A stretch of 64,000 nucleotides of DNA. Origin: Gemmatimonadales bacterium (lineage in GTDB: Bacteria > Gemmatimonadota > Gemmatimonadetes > Gemmatimonadales > GWC2-71-9). The stretch's first letter is position 1; each line of letters opens with the position of its first letter. Under the pieces are notes generated by a model that was given only the letters and a program-made list of their open reading frames with translations, did not search any database and was not told the DNA's origin. Of the stretch, positions 9,827-18,248 are shown piece by piece. A program made the translations under genes and the position numbers. The stretch covers positions 7,325 to 71,324 of the forward strand of contig JBFJCP010000020.1 in assembly GCA_041615815.1 (NCBI GenBank), written 5' to 3'.

Positions 9827-9914
9827 GCCAACCCTCCCCTTCGCCACCGGCCACCCCCGCCCCGCCACCGACCGTACGGCCCGCAGCAGCGGCAGGGGTG
9901 GCAGATTCAGTGCG

Positions 9915-10868
9915 TTACGCTCCAGCGTCGTCCAAGACTACGTACGGAATTCCCCAGATATTCGCGCGGTAATCGTCCTCGGACTCCGTCGTGAATGTCT
10001 CCGAGTCGATGGCATCCACCGCGATCCGTTCGCGGCCCGTATGCCGAACCGTCCAGCTTCGACTGAACATGCCGGGCTCCCCTTCTTCCATGGGGAGACG
10101 CAACCAGATCCGGGCATTGGGGCTCGCGTGAAACAGATGGAGGAACACGAAGGTGGGGGGCGTGTGCTCTTGATTCTCGTTGCTCACCGATGCCGTGACC
10201 ACCACCTCATCTCCGCGCTGCAGCCGGGGCACCCGCCCGTTCACGAGCAACGGCTCGGCCGGATCAGTGATATCAGCGACGATCGCCCCGTTCACTTCGA
10301 CGGTGATTTGCGCAATGGCCACGGTCTGCTTGGCCGGATCCGCCATCACGAACTGCGCCGGGGAGACGGCGACGAGCCGCCATCGTCGACGACGTCCCTG
10401 CTCGTCGATCTCCTCTTGCGCGAGTCGTTCGAACTCGGCGTGCTGCATCAGGATGTCCTGGAGTGGCTTCTCGGTCGGGTTCACCTGATCGTCATCGGTG
10501 ATGTCCAGCAGGAAGCGGCCGTCGAACTCGACTTCCTTCCAGGCGACCGCCGTGCCTTCGGTCGGGTTCACCTCGATGGTCACCTGACGTCGGACCGGAA
10601 GCCCGCGCCGACGCCCCCAAAGCCGTGGGGCGGTGACTTCTCCGTCTGGCTCGGCCAGAAAGCTCGCGGAGGCTGCACTCGCGGATCCGTCATTCACCGC
10701 GCCCTGATCGCCGAACTCGTCGGCGAAGAACCCGGACTCATCCAAGAGTTGGACGAGCTCCTGACGCACGTCCTCCGGGACTTCTGAACCCGGCGACACG
10801 CCGTCGCTGCAGGCAGCGAGCGCGAGCGGTCCCAGGATCAACAGTCCCATCAGTTGGTTGCGGTACAT
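9915..10868 (-). CDS. secreted lipoprotein of unknown function (paralogue A)
   Basis: Signal peptide plus lipobox (LLILGPLALAAC), GGAGGAG SD upstream. Colinear with the 11111-12160 product, with shared blocks ESGFFA.EFG, KEVEFD..FLLD, WRLV...PA.F.M.D, DAIDS.TF.TES.DDYRAN.WGIP. Confidence 0.8.
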   Translation of the reverse strand: MYRNQLMGLLILGPLALAACSDGVSPGSEVPEDVRQELVQLLDESGFFADEFGDQGAVNDGSASAASASFLAEPDGEVTAPRLWGRRRGLPVRRQVTIEVNPTEGTAVAWKEVEFDGRFLLDITDDDQVNPTEKPLQDILMQHAEFERLAQEEIDEQGRRRRWRLVAVSPAQFVMADPAKQTVAIAQITVEVNGAIVADITDPAEPLLVNGRVPRLQRGDEVVVTASVSNENQEHTPPTFVFLHLFHASPNARIWLRLPMEEGEPGMFSRSWTVRHTGRERIAVDAIDSETFTTESEDDYRANIWGIPYVVLDDAGA

Positions 10869-11051
10869 CTTCTCCTCCCTGCGAAGGTCTCGTGCTGTGG
10901 ACTCGCCCTTGTAGACGACCGACCGCAGAGAGGGTTAAACGCGTGATCTGGGTCACGTGGGGCAAAAGGCGCGGCCCACGCGGCAGAGCGGCCGACGCCA
11001 GGGCTCGGCCGTCTCGTCGACTGCCGCACTCCCGTTCCTGCCGCCCGACAC

Positions 11052-11082
11052 AAAAAAAACGCGGAGCGCCGAAGCGCCCCGC
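11052..11082 (-). terminator. intrinsic terminator after lipoprotein paralogue B
   Basis: The minus strand reads GCGGGGCGC-TTCG-GCGCTCCGC followed by TTTTTTTT, starting 29 nt downstream of the stop at 11111. Confidence 0.8.
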
Positions 11083-11110
11083 GAGACTGTTCGAATCTGT
11101 GGTGGTGTGA

Positions 11111-12160
11111 TCAGGTACTGCCGCCACCGTCCCCGTCATCATCCACGGGCGCGGCCACGGTGTGCGGAATTCCCCACGTGTTAGCGCGGTAGTCGTCGTC
11201 CGACTCGGTCATGAAGGTCTGCGAGTCGATCGCGTCCACGACGATCCGCCCGTGGGCGTAGGGTTCCTCGACGGTATAGGTATAGGAGTACGAGACCTCG
11301 CCCGTCTCCAACTGCGACTGCTCCATGAGGACGCGGTGCCACATGCCACGCTTCCGACTGCCCTCGAAGAAGTGCAGGAAGACGAATGCGGAGCGCATGT
11401 CTTCCTGATCGTTGGAGACCGCCGCCGTGACCGTCACCTCGTCCCCAACTTGCAGCATGGGAACGCCACCATCCAGGTCCAAGAGCGGTGGAAGCGCCTC
11501 CGAATCGTGCAACAGCTCGAGCACGACCTCCCCGTTGACCGCGACGGTGACGCTGCCGATCTGGACCGTGCGTTTCTCGGCATCGGTCATGATGAACCGA
11601 GCTGGGGCAATGGAGACCAAACGCCAATGCCGCTCGCGACCCTTTGCGTCCACGATGGGCTCTTCGAGCTCCTCGAACGCCGCCTGATGCAGCAAGAGCT
11701 CCTGGAGCGGCTTGGACGTGGGATTCAGCGTGTAGTCGTCGGTGTTGTCGAGGAGGAACTCCTTGTCGAATTCCACCTCTTTGGTGGCGATGGCGAGTCC
11801 GGATTCTTCGTCCATCTCCACGGTGACGTCCATACGAACCGGACGGCCCCGGAGCCGTACCCATAGCGGGGTGGGACCCACCTCGCCTTCTCCGCCATCT
11901 TCCTCACCCACCGCAGCCAGATTAGCGCTCGCCGCGGTTCCGGCGTTGATGTCGTCTGAGCCGAAGTCTTCGGCAAAGAAACCTGACTCCTCGGCGATCT
12001 CGAGGATCTGTTCCCGGTCCTGCTGCGTCAGGACCGTCACCGGCCCTGGTTGATTCTGTTCCTGATCTTGCTCTAGGGCGCCATCGGGACCCACGCCTTC
12101 TGCGCAGGCGGAGATACCGAGCGCGCCAAGAGCGAGCAACGCCATGAGGGGTTGCCTCAC
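11111..12160 (-). CDS. secreted lipoprotein of unknown function (paralogue B)
   Basis: GTG at 12160, 5 nt after AAGGAGG. Signal plus lipobox (LMALLALGALGISAC). Paralogous to 9915-10868, with an acidic Gly/Asp C-terminal tail. Confidence 0.8.
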   Translation of the reverse strand: MRQPLMALLALGALGISACAEGVGPDGALEQDQEQNQPGPVTVLTQQDREQILEIAEESGFFAEDFGSDDINAGTAASANLAAVGEEDGGEGEVGPTPLWVRLRGRPVRMDVTVEMDEESGLAIATKEVEFDKEFLLDNTDDYTLNPTSKPLQELLLHQAAFEELEEPIVDAKGRERHWRLVSIAPARFIMTDAEKRTVQIGSVTVAVNGEVVLELLHDSEALPPLLDLDGGVPMLQVGDEVTVTAAVSNDQEDMRSAFVFLHFFEGSRKRGMWHRVLMEQSQLETGEVSYSYTYTVEEPYAHGRIVVDAIDSQTFMTESDDDYRANTWGIPHTVAAPVDDDGDGGGST

Positions 12161-12382
12161 GAATGCCTCCTTGTGTCTGTCTCGCTGAGTAGACGCGCGA
12201 CGGCCACGGACGTGGTGACTGAGCGGGCTCGGCTCACCATTCCGCAGCGAGTGTCGCTGCAGCTCAATACCATATGTGATCTTTGTAACTCTCCGCGGTG
12301 ACCCCACTTCCGCGTCCAACGTGAGCTAGATCACGCTCGCTGGGTGGGACGCCCGTCCGAAGAGGAGGGAATCAGGAAGGGC

Positions 12383-12916
12383 TCAGGCGGCCAGGGCCCC
12401 GCCGCAACCCGGGCAGAACCGAGCCTGACCGGGGAGGGTCGCCCCGCATTGCCAGCAGCGCGGGCGGGCGTCGGGATTGGCGAGCGCCCGGCCACAGCTG
12501 GAGCAGAATACGGCCCCCGGCTCGGGCCGGGGACCGCACGCGGGGCACGCGGATCGCCCGGCGTGGCGCGCCCGCTGGATGGCTGCCTCGGCCGCGTCCT
12601 CGATCGACTCCCCCGGATCGGGCCCCGGGGCCTGATCCGACTCCGAGTGGATGGCGGCGACGGCGACGGCCGAGTACTTGGCTCTGAGCGTTGCGTAGTC
12701 TTCGTCGGACAGCTTACCGGTGGCGCGGTCGAACTCGATCTCCCGCAAAGCCAGCAAGGCCCGCACTTTGGGAGAGTCGGACTCCTCGAGGGCGATGGGG
12801 AGGCTTTCGTCATCCACCGCGAACGGGGCTCCAGGTTCGTCCCGGCGAACCAGTGGTTCCAGCACCAACGCGATGGCGGCGAACGCGACCAGGGCCCCGG
12901 CGAGCACCTCGAGCAC
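12383..12916 (-). CDS. membrane-anchored double zinc-ribbon protein, co-oriented with ccmH
   Basis: N-terminal TM (VLAGALVAFAAIALVL), acidic linker, then CPACG...CSSCG and CWQCG...CPGCG. The start lies 4 nt after the ccmH stop. Confidence 0.75.
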   Translation of the reverse strand: MLEVLAGALVAFAAIALVLEPLVRRDEPGAPFAVDDESLPIALEESDSPKVRALLALREIEFDRATGKLSDEDYATLRAKYSAVAVAAIHSESDQAPGPDPGESIEDAAEAAIQRARHAGRSACPACGPRPEPGAVFCSSCGRALANPDARPRCWQCGATLPGQARFCPGCGGALAA

Positions 12917-12920
12917 GATC

Positions 12921-13514
12921 TCAGCTCTCGAGCTGCTCCAGCTCCCGCTGGATCAGCTCCGCTTCGTCTTGAGTCAAGCCGCTCTGCGCGCTGGCCTCGG
13001 GAGACGCCGGCACCTCGGCCGCACGGTGGATGCGCCGGGACAGGATCCAAGTCATCCCTGCCCCAACGGTGGTGATCACAATGCCAGGCACCACGTACGC
13101 GGCGATGTTGAACCCTCGCCTGGGCGGCGCCATCAGCACGGATTCTCCATGCCGCGCCACAAACGCATTCAGGATCTCTTCCGCAGACCGATCGTCCTCC
13201 ACGAGCGCGATGACCTCGCCATGCATGGCAGGCGACGTCTGACACGTGAAATCGGTGGTGCGACACGTATACACGCTCAGGTTACATCCGCAGGTGCACC
13301 GGATCTGCGATTCGAGGTTCACGATGAACGGATCGTTTTCGTAATCGGTGACGCGCGTGCGGGGAAGCCCCGCCATGTCCGGTCGTGGCAAGCGGGCCGA
13401 AGCCTCGTCTTGCGGGGCTTGTTCCTGCTGAGAGGAGAGACGTCCAGGCACCAGCGCGGCCAGCGCGATGCCCAGCATGTCGCGGCGGGAGACCAACATC
13501 GGATCGCGGCTCAT
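12921..13514 (-). CDS. ccmH: cytochrome c-type biogenesis protein CcmH-like
   Basis: ATG 13514 overlaps the ccmF stop (ATGA). Signal-like N-terminus, then a CcmH-like core LESQIRCTCGCNLSVYTC...EEILNAFVARHGESVLMAPP followed by a TM (AAYVVPGIVITTVGAGMTWIL). The Cys motif is CxCxC rather than the classical CxxC. Confidence 0.8.
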   Translation of the reverse strand: MSRDPMLVSRRDMLGIALAALVPGRLSSQQEQAPQDEASARLPRPDMAGLPRTRVTDYENDPFIVNLESQIRCTCGCNLSVYTCRTTDFTCQTSPAMHGEVIALVEDDRSAEEILNAFVARHGESVLMAPPRRGFNIAAYVVPGIVITTVGAGMTWILSRRIHRAAEVPASPEASAQSGLTQDEAELIQRELEQLES

Positions 13515-15568
13515 GCGGGCGTTCCCGCTCCCACCTGGTCGGGCTTTCCGACCAGTGTCGCCGCGTAACCCGGCATGGCCCGGCGTAGCGAAGCCCGGGT
13601 GGGTCCGCCACCAGGCCACATGACCACGACCCCACCTGCGACGAGCACGACACCTCCGAACCACACCCACCACACCAGCGGGTTCAGCGTGAAGCGATAG
13701 ACGGCCTCCTCGGTGCCCGCCACGGACCCGGCATAGACGACGTAGATGTCTTCCCGAAGTCCGCTGTGAATGCCCGCTTCGGTAGAGGGTTCGAAGCTGG
13801 CGCGACCAAACGAATCGATGTGCTGCCGCTTCTCGCTCTTGATCACGCCCACCCGACCGCCGCGATCGCTGGTGACCTCCACGGTGGCCGCGGAGACGAC
13901 ACGGTTGAGGTCACGATACTGGGAAACCCCGAGATGCGTGAAGCTATACGTGTGCCCAAAGGGTGACCGTAGGCGGGTCGTCTCGCCCGGCTTCAGCGAC
14001 GCCTCCATCTCGGTCTTGAACGCCATGCCGGCGAAGGCGACGAAGTAGATGACGATTCCGACATGGACGACGTACCCACCGTAGCGGCGCCGATTACGTC
14101 CCACGAGCCGGAAGAACGCCGTGAGGTACTGCTCGCGGTGTAACCGGTGTCGAGCGCCGATCCCCCGAACGAACTCCTGGGTAATGGTGGTGAGGACGAA
14201 CGCGGCGAGCGAGATGGCCATGCCCGCGTAGAAATCCCCAAACCCGAGGGCCAGCAGGATCGCGCCGGTAGCGAGCCCAGCCGCCACCGGCATGGCGAAC
14301 TGCCGCTGGAGGTTCCGGACACTCGCTTTGCGCCATGCAATGAGCGGACCCACCCCGGTCAATGCCAGGAGCGCCAACCCAATGGGGATGTTCACCTGAT
14401 TGAAGAATGGCGGTCCCACCGTCACCTGCGTGCCTCGGACCAATTCCGAAATGATGGGAAAGAGGGTGCCCCAAAGAATCGAGAACGCGATCCCCACGAG
14501 CAGGAGGTTGTTGAACAGGAAGCTCGCCTCCCGCGAGACCATGCTCTCGAGCTGCGCCTCCGCCTCCAGATCTGGGAGCCGGGTCCAGAGCAGGATGCCG
14601 ACCCCCAACGCAATGACGATCAAGAACCCGCCAAAGTACGTGCCTACGGCGGATTGGGTAAACGAATGGACGCTGGAAATGATGCCGCTGCGGGTCAGGA
14701 ACGTGCCGAAGATCGAGAGCAGGAAGCTCACGAGAACGAGCACGATATTCCACTTCTTGAGCATCCCGCGCTTCTCTTGGATCATGACGGAATGCAGAAA
14801 CGCGGTCATCGTGAGCCACGGAAGGAAGCTGGCATTTTCCACCGGATCCCACGCCCAGTAGCCACCCCACCCCAACTCCACGTAGGCCCACCACATCCCC
14901 AAGGTGATCCCAATCGAGAGAAACAGCCACGACACCACCGTCCACCGGCGGATCGCATGGAGCCAGCCGGTGTCCAAGCGCCGGGTGAACAAGGCGGCAA
15001 CCGCGAAGGCAAAGGGGATGGAGATGCTGATGTATCCGAGGTACAGCATGGGGGGATGCACCACCATGCCGGGGTTTTGGAGCTGCGGATTGAGCCCTCG
15101 GCCGTCCATCGGGGTGAACGCCAGCCGCTCGAACGGGTTCGCCGCAAACAGGGTGACGACCACGAAGAACAAGACGATAAAGGAAGTGGTGGCCGCCACA
15201 TACGGCAAGAGATGGTTGTGGCGCCTGGGCGTGACCCATTGCGCCAGGGCGGCGAAGACGCTCAGGACCAACGCCCAGAACAGTAGGCTTCCCGCTTGTC
15301 CACCCCAGAACGCCGCGATGGTGTATACCATCGGGAGATTCCGACTCGTATAGCTCGCCACGTACTGCACGTTGAAGTCGTGCCGCACGAGGGCGGTAAG
15401 AAGCCCGATGGAAGAAACGATCAAGACAGCGCACAGCGCATACGTCGTGCGCTGGGCGCTGCGGATCAATGCAGGCCGGCGCGTTCGCCCGCCCAAGAAC
15501 CCCACGACGGTGCCCCAGGTGGCGAGCAGCATCGCTACCCAGAGGGCCAACTCACCCAAGATGGTCAT
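13511..15568 (-). CDS. ccmF: cytochrome c-type biogenesis protein CcmF (haem lyase)
   Basis: 685 aa, polytopic, with the Trp-rich haem-handling motif WGGYWAWDPVENASFLPWL. Confidence 0.95.
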   Translation of the reverse strand: MTILGELALWVAMLLATWGTVVGFLGGRTRRPALIRSAQRTTYALCAVLIVSSIGLLTALVRHDFNVQYVASYTSRNLPMVYTIAAFWGGQAGSLLFWALVLSVFAALAQWVTPRRHNHLLPYVAATTSFIVLFFVVVTLFAANPFERLAFTPMDGRGLNPQLQNPGMVVHPPMLYLGYISISIPFAFAVAALFTRRLDTGWLHAIRRWTVVSWLFLSIGITLGMWWAYVELGWGGYWAWDPVENASFLPWLTMTAFLHSVMIQEKRGMLKKWNIVLVLVSFLLSIFGTFLTRSGIISSVHSFTQSAVGTYFGGFLIVIALGVGILLWTRLPDLEAEAQLESMVSREASFLFNNLLLVGIAFSILWGTLFPIISELVRGTQVTVGPPFFNQVNIPIGLALLALTGVGPLIAWRKASVRNLQRQFAMPVAAGLATGAILLALGFGDFYAGMAISLAAFVLTTITQEFVRGIGARHRLHREQYLTAFFRLVGRNRRRYGGYVVHVGIVIYFVAFAGMAFKTEMEASLKPGETTRLRSPFGHTYSFTHLGVSQYRDLNRVVSAATVEVTSDRGGRVGVIKSEKRQHIDSFGRASFEPSTEAGIHSGLREDIYVVYAGSVAGTEEAVYRFTLNPLVWWVWFGGVVLVAGGVVVMWPGGGPTRASLRRAMPGYAATLVGKPDQVGAGTPA

Positions 15569-15580
15569 GTATCGTCGAGA

Positions 15581-15985
15581 CTAGGCTGAAGGGACGGCCT
15601 CGTACCGCGCTCCGCACTTGGCCAAGAGAGTGGTCGCCTGAAACGTACCATCGGGTCCCAGCCGACCTTCGACGACGACATCGACGTCGTCCGTGAACGT
15701 GTCGGGCGCGAGCCCCCGATAGATCACCGGGTAGGTCTGCTGTCCGTCGGTGACCTGGAACATGATGGTCTGCGTCGCCACGTCGCGGCTAATACTGCCA
15801 TGGACCACCCGGGCGCCCAGCTTCACGCCCACATCCCTGAGGGAGGGATCGGCCTCGACCTTCTCCGCAAGCTCCGTGGGTGTCAGGAAGTAGACGCCGG
15901 TGTCTTTGATGCCGGACGCCATGAGGTATCCCACCGTGACGACTACGAGGGATGCGCCGAGTATGAACTTGGTCCGTGCTCGCAT
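15581..15985 (-). CDS. ccmE: haem chaperone CcmE, Cys-type (CxxxY) variant
   Basis: 134 aa. N-terminal anchor, OB-fold-like body (VKLGARVVHGSI...DVVVEGRLGPDGTFQATTLLAKC), and C-terminal LAKCGARY where canonical CcmE has LAKHDENY. Confidence 0.9.
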   Translation of the reverse strand: MRARTKFILGASLVVVTVGYLMASGIKDTGVYFLTPTELAEKVEADPSLRDVGVKLGARVVHGSISRDVATQTIMFQVTDGQQTYPVIYRGLAPDTFTDDVDVVVEGRLGPDGTFQATTLLAKCGARYEAVPSA

Positions 15986-16089
15986 GTTAGGATCGCCGAA
16001 GCTTCAGGTAACGATAACTACCGGTGTATTGAGAATATAGCCTACGCCCGGGACCGAGAAAAGTTCATGAACGCGCCCAAAAGACTCCT

Positions 16090-17601
16090 TTAAGAACCCG
16101 CGCTGTCCGCCCAATGGAGGGCGGTTCGAACCGCCCGTCCCCAGCCGGCGTATCGCGTGTCGTCCGTGGAACCCGGGTCGAACCACACGTACTTCCGCGA
16201 CGCCAGGAACGCGTCCGCGTTCTCCCACACGCCCGTGGCCAGCCCGGCGAGGCCGGCGGCACCCATGGCGGTGGTTTCCACCACATCTGGCCGGGCAACC
16301 CGCACGCCCAGCGTATCGGCTTGAAACTGCATCAGCCAATCGTTGGCCGCCGCGCCCCCGTCCACTTTGAGCTCGGCGAGTGACACACCGGATGCCCGAG
16401 CCATCGCATCGACCACGTCGCGAGTGCTGTAGGCCATCGCCTCGAGCGCAGCCCGCACCAGGTGCGCCCGCCCGGTCCCCCGGGTGAGCCCAACGATCGT
16501 CCCGCGGGCCTCCGATTCCCAATAGGGCGCGCCCAATCCCACGAACGCGGGCACGAAAAACACTCCACCCGTGTCCGCAACGCTCCGAGCCAGCGTTTCG
16601 GTTTCCCCTGCTTGCGAGATCAGTCCCAATCCATCCCGCAGCCACTGGATGGCCGCTCCCGCGATGAAGATCGACCCCTCCAGGGCGTAGCTCGGGGCCC
16701 CGTGCGCATCGCAGGCAACGGTCGTCAACACCCCACCCCCACCCTGGTCCGGTGGGACTTCGTCCCCCACGTGCATTAGAAGGAATGCGCCGGTGCCATA
16801 CGTGCACTTGGCCCGGCCCGGCACCCAACACCCCTGCCCGAACAACGCCGCCTGCTGGTCGCCGGCGATCCCGGCGATGGGGACGGGACGACCGAGGATA
16901 TCTGGATCGGTCTCACCGAGGACCTCGCTCGAGCGCCGAAGGGCGGGGAGGCTCGACTTGGGGACGCCGAACAGTCCCAACAGCTCCTCATCCCACTCCC
17001 GGTGCCGCACGTTGTACAGGAGTGTCCGCGACGCGTTGGTATGATCCGTCGCAAACACCTTGCCACCGGTCAATCGGTAGACCAGCCAGCTATCGATGGT
17101 GCCGAACACCGCATCGCCGGACGCTGCCTGGGCACCAAGCTCGGGCACGTGGTGGAGCAGCCATTCGATTTTCGTACCCGAGAAGTACGGGTCCCACACG
17201 AGTCCCGTTCGAGAGGCGATAAATTCGTCGCCCAACTCGCGCTTCAGCTCTCGGCAACGGGCTGCCGTCCGACGGTCCTGCCAGACGAGCGCTCGGTGAA
17301 GTGGAGCCGCAGTCTGCCGATCCCAGACCACGACCGTTTCCCGCTGATTCGTAATGCCGATGGCCGTGGGCGTGGTGTGGGACTGTCGCACCGCGTCCCG
17401 TGCGGTTTCCAGGGTGACCTGCCAGATCTCCTCGGCGTCATGCTCAACGTGGCCCGGCTCCGGAAAGTGTTGGGTGAACTCGCGATACGACCGACCCGCC
17501 ACTTGCCCTGCCTCGGAGATGACGAGGGCGGTGGTCCCGGTGGTGCCCTGATCGAGGGCGAGGATGGTCCGCATCCCCAAAAGTATAGCGCCGAACGTCA
17601 C
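16090..17601 (-). CDS. glpK: glycerol kinase
   Basis: ILALDQGTTGTTALV, GDQQAALFGQGC, and FGGY-kinase length. The start is either GTG 17601 (GTGA overlap with V-ATPase D) or ATG 17574. Confidence 0.95.
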   Translation of the reverse strand: MTFGAILLGMRTILALDQGTTGTTALVISEAGQVAGRSYREFTQHFPEPGHVEHDAEEIWQVTLETARDAVRQSHTTPTAIGITNQRETVVVWDRQTAAPLHRALVWQDRRTAARCRELKRELGDEFIASRTGLVWDPYFSGTKIEWLLHHVPELGAQAASGDAVFGTIDSWLVYRLTGGKVFATDHTNASRTLLYNVRHREWDEELLGLFGVPKSSLPALRRSSEVLGETDPDILGRPVPIAGIAGDQQAALFGQGCWVPGRAKCTYGTGAFLLMHVGDEVPPDQGGGGVLTTVACDAHGAPSYALEGSIFIAGAAIQWLRDGLGLISQAGETETLARSVADTGGVFFVPAFVGLGAPYWESEARGTIVGLTRGTGRAHLVRAALEAMAYSTRDVVDAMARASGVSLAELKVDGGAAANDWLMQFQADTLGVRVARPDVVETTAMGAAGLAGLATGVWENADAFLASRKYVWFDPGSTDDTRYAGWGRAVRTALHWADSAGS

Positions 17602-18248
17602 CTGAGGGCGGGCGGTACGGCGGCGGAGAGCCCCTTCCGACGTGCCAGGTGCCGCAGCCGGCCCTGCTCCTCACGCTCACGTTCGTCGAGCACTCGTCGC
17701 ACTCCCATGATTTGCCGATCGAGGGAAGGCCCCACTCGCTGCTCGAGGACGTTCACCTTGCGCGTGGTGGCTGTGAGCGCCTCTCCCAAGCGGCGAATGA
17801 GGATCTCGCGAGTGGCGGCATCGAGGACGAGCTCCACCAGCTCCTCGAACCGGGTGGCCGCGTCGACGGCCGCCGGCCCCGTGCTGCCCGGCGGTGTCCC
17901 CCGAGCGCCCAGCGTCCGACGGAGCGGCGGACGAGCGACGATGTCCGCGACGGCGATGTCCCACACCTGCCTGGCGCGAATCTCGACCTCGATCTCCCGC
18001 GTGGGCCAGCCAATGGCCATGAGCCCGGCGTGCCCGTGGCGCGCCAATGCGCTCAGCAAGGCGTGGTAGGCTTCTGCGGCGCGTTCGGTGATCATGGCTC
18101 GGGTGTCCACGGCGCGACGTGCCAGCTCGAACAGTTCCGAGACCAGCGCCTCCCGTTTGCGCCGCAAGAGGTCGGTCCCCCGCGACACCTGTTCGAGCTG
18201 CCGCTGCGCGCGGAGCAGATTCAGCCTCGTGGCCGGGAGCCTAGGCAT
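17598..18248 (-). CDS. atpD: V/A-type ATPase subunit D
   Basis: MPRLPATRLNLLRAQRQLEQVSRGTDLLRRKREALV... is a typical subunit D N-terminus. ATG 18248 lies just after the subunit B stop. Confidence 0.9.
   Translation of the reverse strand: MPRLPATRLNLLRAQRQLEQVSRGTDLLRRKREALVSELFELARRAVDTRAMITERAAEAYHALLSALARHGHAGLMAIGWPTREIEVEIRARQVWDIAVADIVARPPLRRTLGARGTPPGSTGPAAVDAATRFEELVELVLDAATREILIRRLGEALTATTRKVNVLEQRVGPSLDRQIMGVRRVLDEREREEQGRLRHLARRKGLSAAVPPALR

Noticed and set aside
9827-9914. Bidirectional terminator between the convergent permease and lipoprotein genes
   Set aside because: GCCACCCC...GGGGTGGC and an inner CCGC-AGCA-GCGG can pair, but the arms are 37 nt apart and no U-tract follows on either strand. 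This is too weak to call.
12331-13266. 311-aa minus-strand ORF overlapping the zinc-ribbon and ccmH genes in another frame
   Set aside because: The alternative frames give coherent TM/zinc-ribbon and CcmH-like proteins. This frame is Arg/Pro/Ser-rich with no features.
14094-15434. 446-aa minus-strand and 379-aa plus-strand ORFs within ccmF
   Set aside because: The CcmF frame carries the WGGYWAWDPVEN motif and about 15 TM helices. The others are out-of-frame or antisense shadows.
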